From the NCBI GenBank assembly GCA_034780895.1, contig JAUZTB010000068.1, positions 14,235,140 through 14,299,139 of the forward strand: DNA of 64,000 bases, in the 5' to 3' direction. Below are positions 10,401 through 19,914 of the stretch, piece after piece. The notes beneath the pieces are model-generated. The model had not been told where the DNA came from. It saw nothing but the letters and a program-made list of their open reading frames with translations, and did no database searches. The position numbers and the translations under genes are program-made. The DNA is from Rhynchobatus australiae. Its lineage: Eukaryota. Position 1 is the first letter of the stretch. Each line of letters starts with the position of its first letter.

Positions 10401-12817
10401 ATACGTTCATCTTAGTTCTATTTGTACCAGTTTGTGAAAGCCAGAATGATAGTTAACCTGTTAGTCTGGAGAAGGTGACCACATAACTGAGAGATGAGAG
10501 ACAAGAGACTGCAGATGCTGGAATCTGGAGCAACGCACAAAATGCTGGAGGAACTCAGCAGGTCAGGCAGCAACTATAGAGAGAAATGGACAGTCGATAT
10601 TTTGGGTTGAGATCCTTCATCTTTACTGAAGATTCATATCATAGACACTGCCTGACCTGTTGAGTTCCTTCAGCATTTTGTGTTTTGCTCCAGATTCCTG
10701 AACCTGCAGTCTCTTGTGACTCCATTTTGCTGCTCCACTGTGAAGTCCCTTCAAGGTATGCCCACTTTGAAGTTTTCCTCCTCTCTTTGATGGGAACTCT
10801 GAGACCCTCTCTCACTGCTCCCCCTCTGTGACCACATAATTGAGCCTGATGCCTAGTCTTGTGTACTGATAGTTTTTATTATTATTATACAGCAAATTAG
10901 AATTGGCCACAAAGTGGGGAGGTGAGATTGGAGGTGGGGTGGTTGTAGCAGTGGTGGGGAAGTGATTGCTGACTCTTCTCACTATTCCAAGGGGCTGAAG
11001 ATGTGTGTGCATTGCAACTGCCAAGTACGTGTGGATCATCTATTTCAAAGATGGCTGGGAGCATTGAACTAAACTATTCACTGCCTTAACTGACTGAGGC
11101 ACCAGTGGGCTCCTTTGCTGAGAGAGTATTAATGTAGCTATTTCAGTGTAAATTATGATTGCATCAAAATTCAACCAACAGAGAAATGAGAGTCCTAATG
11201 CCAATAAGGGACTAGAATTTTCAAGGATGTCAGCCATGGTTCAGTAGGTTGCATACTTGTTCTGGCTTCAGAGGGTCATGGATTCAAATCCCATGCTGGA
11301 AACTTGAGCATGTAAGAGTGGTGCATTGTCAAATTGCTGCATTTCAATGAGACATTAAACCAAAGTTCTTAATGCCCTCCCAGTTGGATATGTTGGTCTC
11401 TATTTGACTGTTGAAGGACATGAGAATTCTTCTCAGTGTTCTGACTAATATCAATCCTTTAACTAATCACTGAGACAGATTACCTGGTCTTAATCACATT
11501 GCTCTTTGAGGGATCTTGCTGAATGTAAATTGACTTTGCATTTCCTACAGATTTGTATTTCAGAAGTAATTACATCATATTATAACTTGGGACATTATTA
11601 ATGTTTAATTAATTAACACATTCGGAGGTTCTACAAAGTGTCATGGATATGCATGTTCTTTTATTGACTTTTAGCAATGATGCTTATTGGTACATAAACT
11701 CACATTTCCATTTGTGTAATGCAGAACTGCAAACACAAATGCGCACGTGAAGATATATGGGCAGCTGTTCATATACACACGTGCATTTATGCATGCATGT
11801 TTAAAAGAGTATGTTTGTCATGCTTGTGAACACTTATGTTACAGCACCTAGATACTAGAAGAAAAATACTCATTTTTCTTTGAAATTACATAAATTGAAC
11901 ATTAAAAAAATGGCAGAGACAGTATTCTATTCTGCAGGTTCTAAAGACTAACATTGCAGAAAATCTAAAAGTCTGGCTACTTTGAGTCACAGTTTTAGTA
12001 CAGCTAAAGTGTAGAATTCATAGAATCTTGCCATATAATAGTTACAATCAGGAGGAGGCCATTCATCCCATCAAGTCAACCCAGCTCCTCAAAGACCAAT
12101 CTTGTTAGCTCCATTCCCCCCCCCCCCATTCATTTCCTACAGCCCTGCAAATTGCTCTGCCTCATGTATTTCCATATATCTTCCCCATTTCCCCATAAAG
12201 TCTATGCTGGCTCTCAGAGCAATTGATTAATCCCATTCCCCTTGTATCTTATTCTCTCATGCATACTAATTAACACAGCAAAAATTCTCCCACAACCTCC
12301 CACACTACAGGTAATTTCCAATGGCTGATTAGTCTAAAACCAACACACATTAGAATCTAACAGTTCCATGTTCCATGATGCTGTTTCCAACACTCTCAAT
12401 GGATAGTGAGATGCAGATCTCTGTACATATATAAAAAAATCATTGCATACCCCTTGTACCTTTAGGACAAGAGGTTAATTCTATCCATGGTCCTTGAACT
12501 ATCCCCTAATAGAGAGTTAGAATTTCCCTCTATTGATACCATGTAAAACAATCCACCCCACAGTACAACATCAGGGTTGTTCCCCACTCTTCCAAATCCT
12601 TACCTAACAGTTTGCTGAGCTCTGTATTTTGAAGGTTGGGGTTCTGCAAAGATAATCTCTTCCTCTCATCTTTTGCCCACACCATGAAGGCATTCATTGG
12701 TCGGGGAATCCGGCTGATGGCTATAGGAGTCCTACAATCTCTTGGCTGGTCAGCTGGCTTGGGGGCATTCACATAGAAAGCACCAGCATCGATGTAGTCT
12801 GTAGCAGCCGCCCTCAT
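630..12817 (-). CDS. sox7-like: Two-exon SoxF-group HMG-box transcription factor (divergent Sox7-like), join(complement 12604..12817, 630..1432), 338 aa
   Basis: Splicing the two exons gives a complete HMG box: [38 protein letters not shown]|[39 protein letters not shown]. The intron falls in the Gly codon after LSKxL, the conserved SoxF intron position. 214 nt + 803 nt keeps the frame open to TGA at 630. Exact orthology (Sox7 versus another SoxF paralogue) is not established. Confidence 0.93.
1935..2350 (+). mobile_element. Decayed L2-clade LINE 3' fragment
   Basis: Translates [22 protein letters not shown], resembling the L2 AETLIHAFVTSRLDYxNALLxG motif. The same family occurs at 37110-37600. 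Confidence 0.6.
5140..5482 (-). mobile_element. Old V-SINE (tRNA-derived) copy
   Basis: gaaaccaaagtacc..aaactca..cagtcacaggga..ccacacagacag..caggattgaac..ccactgtgccacc is the degenerate reverse complement of the V-SINE at 35155. Confidence 0.6.
5780..6030 (-). mobile_element. Decayed RTE-clade LINE reverse transcriptase fragment
   Basis: The minus strand resembles the RT block 'EK..E...PL...F..L.KAF..V.R..LW', with frameshifts. Confidence 0.4.
7228..7432. repeat. Palindromic interspersed repeat (elasmobranch inverted-arm family)
   Basis: Left arm gcagaaaattctgga..cagcacctgtggaaagagaaacag; right arm agatgctgcctgacctgctgaatttttcca..ttccagcacctgc. Confidence 0.65.
8325..9000 (-). mobile_element. 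Decayed CR1-type LINE 3' fragments
   Basis: Begins with the tail aagaacacaagaacataa, followed by 'cccatatcccttgattccctta' and 'tccagtgaactttgctg', typical of reverse-oriented CR1 3' ends. Confidence 0.5.
9165..9290 (+). mobile_element. Rex1/Babar-type LINE 3' fragment
   Basis: ggacatgccctcttct..ctaccat..gggaggaagtacagaagcccgaagacccacac..ttcagaaacagcttctt matches the copies at 29650-29930 and 41290-42190. Confidence 0.7.
10495..10725. repeat. Well-preserved palindromic (hairpin) interspersed repeat
   Basis: acaagagactgcagatgctggaatctggagcaac..aaatgctggaggaactcagcaggtcaggcag (10501-10570) is near-complementary to ctgcctgacctgttgagttccttcagcatttt..ttgctccagattcctgaacctgcagtctcttgt (10648-10717). 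Confidence 0.85.
11228..11660 (+). mobile_element. DeuSINE (SacSINE1/AmnSINE1-like) with tRNA-like head, intronic
   Basis: Head gtcagccatggttcagtaggt..ggattcaaatccc (A/B-box-like), then the Deu-type core cagattacctggtcttaatcacattgct..gggatcttgctg..aaattgac..catttcctaca. Confidence 0.65.
12604..12817 (-). CDS. sox7-like: SoxF gene coding exon 1 (N-terminus and first half of the HMG box)
   Basis: ATG at 12817 in GAGATGA context, with an in-frame TAA five codons upstream (12830-12832). Encodes [17 protein letters not shown], the SoxF signature. Donor TTAG|GTAAGG with GT at 12603-12602, phase 1. Confidence 0.93.
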
Positions 12818-12889
12818 CTCTACTGACTTTTAAGAGTGACCACACTCTCTCTTCTCATGTGAGCAGAGAAATCATTCTGAGAGGACGGG

Positions 12890-12963
12890 ATTGGAGTTTA
12901 TATCAGATTCTCCATTGAACTGGCTCCTCCTACAATTTACAAGCAACCCAATCCACCTATTGG
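12890..12963 (-). promoter_or_regulatory. Putative core promoter of the SoxF gene (TATA box with flanking CCAAT motifs)
   Basis: Minus-strand TATAAA at 12897-12902, 80 nt upstream of the ATG. CCAAT/ATTGG motifs at 12890-12894, 12948-12952 and 12959-12963. Confidence 0.55.
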
Positions 12964-13039
12964 ATGTAGACATAAGCAAAATAGATATTTAAGAATCTAT
13001 TTGGATATTTTCTAGTTAGCCCACTATATCAATATTCTC

Positions 13040-13504
13040 ATGCAAATTTGCAATTATGTCATTGTCAAATGTCTCTTCAAATCCAAGTGCCCATCCTGCA
13101 TATTAAGGATTAGTTAAGAAAGAAATGTGAAAAGCAAATGTCTTCAAAATAGAGGATATCTGGCTGGAATGTATGGAAGTTAACAAATTTGCATGTCAAA
13201 TTAGATCACTTTTCTCATGGCTCTGTGCCCCAGGTTTATCCAGGAAGACCAGCCCACATTGGAGGTGTGATTTTCCAGTTAATGGCCATTTAAATGAAGG
13301 GATTACATGTTCAAGATCGGAGTGATAACAATCACACAGGAGCAGTCTGTTGTCCTGTGGGTGACACCGAGCTATCTGATCAACTGGGGTGTCAAGCCAA
13401 TGTGATGTGAGAATAATTACAGTTAAACTTCACATTAGGCAAAACAATTTCTGATTTTTTTTCATTTTATATGTAGAATTCCAGGCATTTTCCACTTTCA
13501 CACT
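13040..13504. promoter_or_regulatory. Putative proximal enhancer: cluster of octamer, T-box, Sox, GATA and K50-homeodomain motifs
   Basis: Octamer: ATGCAAAT 13040-13047, ATTTGCAT 13187-13194. T-box: AGGTGTGA 13263-13270, TCACAC 13332-13337, TGACACC 13362-13368, GGTGTCA 13388-13394, TCACACT 13498-13504. Sox: CATTGTC 13060-13066, AACAAT 13327-13332 and 13443-13448. GATA: TGATAA 13323-13328. K50: GGATTA 13107-13112 and 13300-13305. No recognisable repeat in this stretch. Confidence 0.5.
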
Positions 13505-13779
13505 GCCACACTGCCTTTGAAGTCACCCTGGAAGAACAACCTCGGGGGAAGATCAGCACAAGTGCGTGGCTCACTATTAGTATGGCGGTTCAGGCAGATC
13601 ATGGTATTGAGGAGCAGACACCAGTGCTGGGTGTGGCCTAGCTGACTCTTTTGATGGCGAGAAGCATTGACAGAATATCACGCACATTCACTTTGAACGT
13701 TAGGAGGGAATCTGAAATTAGATATGACTGCTCCACAGAGACGTCAGAAGCTAACCCAGTTTTAATCATGAGTGGACCC

Positions 13780-13925
13780 AGATTCAATCCTGAACTTGGG
13801 TGCTGCTGTTTGGAATTTGCACATTCTCGTTGGGACTGTGTGGGTTTCCCCTGGGTACTCAGGTTTACCTCCACCTCCCAAGTATGTCCCAGTAAATTAA
13901 TAGACAACTGTAAATGTATAACTGT
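13780..13925 (+). mobile_element. Decayed V-SINE fragment
   Basis: ttcaatcctg..tgtttggaatttgcacattctc..gactgtgtgggtttcccctgggtactcaggtttacctccac. Confidence 0.6.
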
Positions 13926-14089
13926 CAAAAGGATCTAAAGGGGAAGTTGGTGGGTTTGGGACAAGGATGCAGGATGATCTCAGTATGCAGGCTTTTGTGA
14001 ATGAGAGGGCTTCAGTGGGATGGATCTGTGACATCTTTTCCATGATGGCCTTTCGTTAGATAGGGTGACATTGGTGCCAGTCGGGTAGA

Positions 14090-16128
14090 TGAAAGGTAAA
14101 TATTTTCACATTTTTCTAGATCATACAAAGAGTGGGAACATATTAGATGAGATTTAAGGGGCTTTTTCTAAATTAAAAGTCCAGTGGATTGTATGGCTTG
14201 TAACATGTGGGAATTTGAGATCCCCATTACAGTCTAGATCACCACAGCTTTGGGAGATATCTCCAGTTTGGTCAGCTTGAGAGCAGGTTTATGGAGCTTG
14301 AGTATCAACTGGACTGACTATGATGTATCCATGGGGCTGAAAGTTATGTGATGGAATGTTTTTAGGGGTGGTCACCCCATAGCCTAAGAAAATACAGACA
14401 GAGGAGGAATGGGTGACCGTCAGTCAGAGGAAGGAAGGCAGACTTATTCTCACCCAAAAAATTTGTAAGATGGAGGGGGTGAATGTATCTCTGAGGAGCC
14501 CAGCTAGAGCTGAGATCACAGCACAGTGTTTGGCTCAGCTGCAGAATGGGGAAAGAGCAAGAATCCAAGGGTAACCATGGTAGGAGACTCGAGCGTGAGG
14601 GAATAGACTGGTGCTTCTGTGGCTGTAGGCATGAATTCCAGATGGTGTGTTGCCCCACTTGTGCCAGGGTCAATGATATTTTAGGACAGTTACAGGGCAC
14701 TTTAAGGAAGAGGGATAAACAGCCAGAGGCTAGATCTCACATTGGTCCCAACAAGTAGAGAGAAGGATGAGGTCCCACAACATGAAGTTGGGGAGGTAGG
14801 TTGCAGATTAAAGAGCAGTACTTCTAAAGTTTTAATCTCTGGATTACCTCCAGTGCCACATGCTAATGAATCTTGGTGTAGAATGATAGGTTAGAGGCCA
14901 GGCTTTAGGTATCAGGATCACTGGGTGCGATAGGAGGGAAGTATAAAGGCAACGTGAGAGGCAAATTTTTTTATGCAAATGGTAGGTGCCTCGAATGGGT
15001 TACCAGGGGTAGTAATGGAATCAGGTAGTTTTGTGGAGGTTAAGGGGCTTTCAGCTAGAAGGGAATGGAGGGATATGCATGATACACTGGAGGAGGACAT
15101 TTAGTATAAATTGGCATCAAGGTTAGCACAACATCGTGGGCCAAATAGCCTGTCCAGTGCTGTACTGTTCTATGTGATGAGGCACATGGAAGGAGTGCAG
15201 GACTAAATTGCATCTATTTTAACTCAGAGCAATTTTCAGCATACGGGTATATGATATTATTGCTATCACAGTAACATGATTAAAGGAAGGGTGGGACCCA
15301 GAAATCACACTCCAGAGTGTAGAATCTTCAGGTGTGAGGTGGAGGTGAATCCAAAAGAGGAGGTGGCATTGCAATATTGATTAAGGAGCCCATTATTGCA
15401 GTAATGAGTGAGTATATCTCAGAAAGCTTTTCAAATGATGCCATATAGGTAGAGCTATGGAACAAAGGGCAGCTATCACTTTGCTGGGGTTAGTGCAGTT
15501 GGTGTCGTCTACATGGATGTAGCAAGGTCTTTGACAAGGTCCCACAAAGTCCAAAAGGTTAGAGCCCATGGGATCCAGGGAAAGTTACCAAATTTGATCA
15601 AAAGTTGGCTTGGTAATGGGAAGCAGATAGTCAAGGTGGAGGGTTGCTATTCTGATTGGAAACTGGTGATCTGTAGAGCACCACAGGGACTGGTGCTGGG
15701 GCCCTTACTGTTTGTTGCAGACATTACAACTTGGATACGAGTGTAAGAGGTACGATTAGTAAATTTGTAGAAGACATAAAAATTGGTAGTGTTGTAGGAA
15801 GTGTGGAGGATAGTGGGAGACTGCAGGATTGTTGGCAAGATGAGCAGAGCAATGGCAGGTGGAATTGAATGTTGATAAATGAAAGGTGATGCACTTTAGG
15901 AGGACGAATTAAGAGATCTGAGGAAGAACTTTGTCACCCAGATGTGGAATGTACTACCTGAGTAGGATGGTGGATGCAAATACTCTCACAGCATTTAAGA
16001 AGCAGCTGAACGGCCAGGATATAGAAGACATTGGACCAAGTGCTGGTAAATGGGATTAGCATGGATGGGTGGGCATTTGATAGTGGGCTCAGACATAGTG
16101 GGCTGAAGGACCTGCTTCTGTGCTGTAT
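14090..16128 (+). mobile_element. Internally deleted, decayed CR1-clade LINE (ORF1 esterase-like region, ORF2 remnants, 3' tail)
   Basis: ORF1-like GIDWCFCG..MVCCPTCARVNDI (14546-14758). RT-like MDVARSL..VRAHGIQGKL..PQGLVLGPLLF (15513-15746). Tail gtgggctgaaggacctgcttctgtgctgta. A separate CR1 3' end lies at about 14960-15175. Confidence 0.8.
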
Positions 16129-16587
16129 GGCCAAGGGGAATAAGAGGAGGAGAGGAGAGGGTTGGTAGTGATGGGATTCCTCTGCTGAGCACCGGCATGA
16201 ACTGAATTTGCGCTGCAAGTGGAGTGATAGCTTCTTGAGTTCGCTACATTAAATTTAATCGAGCTGAACTGTGTTACTCCGCATGGGCAGTTAACAGAGG
16301 GGGATCTCAAGACTGGAGGCTGTGGAGGGAAGATCACCCAAGGAAAAGAAGTCATTGGCTGTCTGCAAGACAATGTGGTGGGATTGTTGTCCAGGGGGAA
16401 GTATAAAAAGATGCCTGACAATTGATGTTTGGCCTCTGTGCAATAGAGTCGTAAGTGTGAATGATATGGGGAGGTACCCATAGAATACATAGAAACAATG
16501 GCATGTTTTAGCACTGTATAACATGTTGATGTTCTGTAATAGAGATTTACAAATATTATTAATAAAGTTTATTTTTAAAACATAAGA

Positions 16588-16857
16588 AAAGATTTCTTTA
16601 TTAGTCACATGTACATCAAAACACACAGTGAAATGCATCTTTTACGCAGAGTATTCTGGGGGCAGCCCGCAAGTGTCACTATGCTTCCTGCACCAACTTA
16701 GCATGCCCAAAACTTCCTAACCTGTACGTCTTTGGAATGTGGGAGGGAACTGGAGCACCCGGAGGAAACCCACACAGACACGGGGAGAACGTACAAACCC
16801 CTTACAGACAGTGGCCGGAATTGAACCTGGGTCACTGGCGCTGTAAAGCATTATGCT
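16588..16857 (-). mobile_element. V-SINE copy with Rex1-like 3' tail
   Basis: ggaatgtgggagggaactggagcacccggaggaaacccac..gagaacgtacaaac..cttacagacag is the V-domain. Tail tttattagtcacatgtacatc..cagtgaaa. Confidence 0.85.
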
Positions 16858-18399
16858 NNNNNNNNNNNNNNNNNNNNNNNNNNNNNNNNNNNNNNNNNNN
16901 NNNNNNNNNNNNNNNNNNNNNNNNNNNNNNNNNNNNNNNNNNNNNNNNNNNNNNNNNCCAGCACGGTAGAGAGCTTGGATTGAGCAGAGTCAGGGAGTTT
17001 GGGAGAAGATCCACAGTGGGTTCTAGTTTTCTTGTATTCCTAAGAATTCTGCTGTAATAGGGAATACTCCCTATTGAGGCATTAAAAAAAAGACCAGTAT
17101 TCATTTTTATTACTAACAAATCCAAGCATATCTAAAAAACAAAATAAAATGTAATGGAAAGTATCTTGGACCAATAAGGGGAAAAGGGAGGTTGTGAGAA
17201 GATGTTTATAGTGGAGAGCAATGTGTAGGTGGAAGGGATTAGGAACAGGAGTAGGAAATTCTGTACCTTGAGCCTTTCTTGTCATTCAACTGGATCATGG
17301 TCCCTCTACATCTTAACAGTGCTGTGGTTCTGTAACCTTAAATACCCTTAGCTATCAAAAATTGATTAACATCAATTTTGAAATGTTCAATTGCCTACAA
17401 CATCAGCAGACCTAGAGAGAGAACGTCAGGTTTCCAAAAGTCTATGAAGAAATGCAGTCTGGCATCTGGCACCCTGACTAGCCTAGCTCTAATTTTAAGG
17501 TCATGTCCCTTGTTCTGGTCTCATCATCAGAAAGAATTGTTTTTTTCCATCTACCTGATCAAATCCTTAATATTAAGTAGTTTAATTAGGTCATCTCATT
17601 CTTTATATTCGTGACTACAAATCTTGTTGCAATATACCATGACAGCCGGTACTAGATTTTGGTGAACTCGTGCTGAACCTCCTTCAAGGTTAATATTGCC
17701 ATCCTGCAGTGCTCAAAACTGACGACTGCTCTTCCAGGTATGATTAAGGCAGAGATTTAGCACTGGAACATTCCTTGCCCCTCACCTCCAAACCTATAAT
17801 GACAAGCTCCCAGGAGATGAAGGCAAACATTCCATTGTCCTTACTGACAATTGTTTTGCAGTCTCCTAGCTTTTAATAACTGTACATATGACACCTAAAT
17901 CCTATTGGGCCTCCATAGTTCCCAGCTTCTTTAAAAAATATGCTGAACAGCCTTTCTTGAATCCAGAACAGACTATTTCACTGTCCCTTATTTTGAACTT
18001 TATCTTCCACCATTTCATCACTAATGCTATCGATCACTCCTTTTTTATCATGCCACATATCACTAAATTTATATATCCTTTATTCGAGTTATTGATATTG
18101 TGAATACCTGAGGCTCAAATATCACTAGGAAATACTATGAGTCACTTCTGCTATTTGGAGAAGATACCCATAGAATAAAGAAAACAACGGTCTTCCTTGC
18201 TGTACAATTCTGGGAGAGTTACCCACGATTTCAGGCAGTGAATGAAATGGGTGCAAGTTTAGCAGGATGCCATTTTGTGGGAAAATGGGAAATTGATCTT
18301 GCAAGAGGAGGAGAGTTGGAGGAAGTGAGATGGAAAGTGAAGAACAGCAGGGTTGGAAGAGAGTGATTTGCTGCAAACAGAGTCTGCAAAGGCAGAAAA

Positions 18400-19635
18400 T
18401 TCAGCTGAATATCCATGGCCAGAGAGCATCATGAGTGCAGACACAGAAGAGACAGAGCTGAGAACAAGGTAGGGAGGGTGTTAGCAAAAGCATGTCATGG
18501 ATAACTGAAAAAAAATTGTGGGATTGCAGGAGGGATGTGTGATGTGACTAAATACGAGAGACAAGGAAATGTGGGAAATGGTTTTGTTCAAACATCAAGT
18601 CCCCAAGCATTAATGGCAAGGTTGAAGAAGTTACTGAGAACACAGGTAGAGTATATTATGGGAAAATTTTGTGTGTTTTAGATTGAAAGGTACAGAGTAG
18701 TGCTGGAGATAAGGGAATTATGTGACAGGGAGTTATAAGTTGAGGATGTGACAGGGAGAGTCAATGGAGGGGAACCTGTAGATGTAACATATTTAGATTT
18801 CCAAACAGCTTTTGATAAGGTGCCAGTAATAGGCTAGTGCACAAATTAAGAGCCTAAGGTAACAGAGGAAGTGTGTTAGCAATGGATTGGATACTGGTTG
18901 TCACACAGAAAGTGAAGAGTTAGAATAAATGAGTTCTTTACAGGCTGGTGGGATAGAAATGGTGGAGTACCGCGGGGATTGGCTCTTGGCCCTCAATTGT
19001 TTACTATTTACGTTAATGACCTGGAGGAGCAAATGAAATACAGGTTTCCAAGTCTTCCAATGATATGAAAATAGGCAGAAGGACATGTGGTGATATGGAT
19101 TGATTGAATTATTTGGCAAAAGCCTAGAGTTTACTGTGGGGAAGTGTGAAGCCATGCATTTTGGTAGGAGGAATCAAAAGGTGAATTATCCAAATGAGAT
19201 AGACTGCACATAAGTGTAGATCCGAGGGATCTAGGTGTTCCAGTGTATGAATCACAACAAGTTATTAGGCAGGTCCAACAAGTATTTAAAAAGGCAAGTG
19301 GCATGTTTGCCTTTATTACGAAGGGTTGGAGTTTAAGAATAGGGAGGCTTTGTTATGGTTGTACAGCGAGTTGCTGAGGCCACACCTAGAATACTGTGCG
19401 CAGTTTTGGTGTCCTTACCAAAAAGAAGATATAACAGCATTGGAAGCAGTCCAAAGGAAAATCACTGGGCTAATTCCAGGGATGAGAGGATTGTCCTTTC
19501 GAGAGAGGCTAGAGAGCTTGGGTCTGTATTCTTAGGAGTGAAGGCTGACTTTATTCAAACATATATGATCCTAGTGGGGTTTGACAGGGTAGATGTTGAA
19601 ATTTTTCCACTCGTGGGAGAGTCATGAACAAGGGG
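18400..19635 (+). mobile_element. Decayed CR1-clade LINE ORF2 (RT and C-terminal region)
   Basis: gtagatgtaacatatttagatttccaaacagcttttgataaggtgcc gives VDV.YLDFQ.AFDKVP. ORF 19326-19535 gives LRPHLEYCAQFW.P...DI..LE.VQR..T.LIPG. Confidence 0.9.
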
Positions 19636-19914
19636 TAGATATACAAAAGCACAAAGTGTTGGACACAAAACAAGAGCAGGCAATTTACTGTTTGCTCACT
19701 CTTACAACAATGTTCTNNNNNNNNNNNNNNNNNNNNNNNNNNNNNNNNNNNNNNNNNNNNNNNNNNNNNNNNNNNNNNNNNNNNNNNNNNNNNNNNNNNN
19801 NNNNNNNNNNNNNNNNTACAACAATGTTCTTGGAAAGTACATCACAAAAAATTTGAGCTTTGAGCAATGGCAGGTGCAAGAGGTTTGGTACCAATAGTCG
19901 AAAAATACAGCACT

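Larger units (their letters stand above)
1433..12603 (-). other. Phase-1 GT-AG intron of the SoxF gene (11,171 nt including gaps)
   Basis: Canonical donor and acceptor join the two HMG-box halves in frame. The intron is filled with repeat fragments. Confidence 0.88.

Noticed and set aside
10811-10835. CTCF-like motif in the intron
   Set aside because: Poor match at the 5' half of the core.
12530-12603. C-terminal tail of the 95-aa ORF (KDLEEWG...)
   Set aside because: Lies past the GTAAGG donor, so it is intron sequence.
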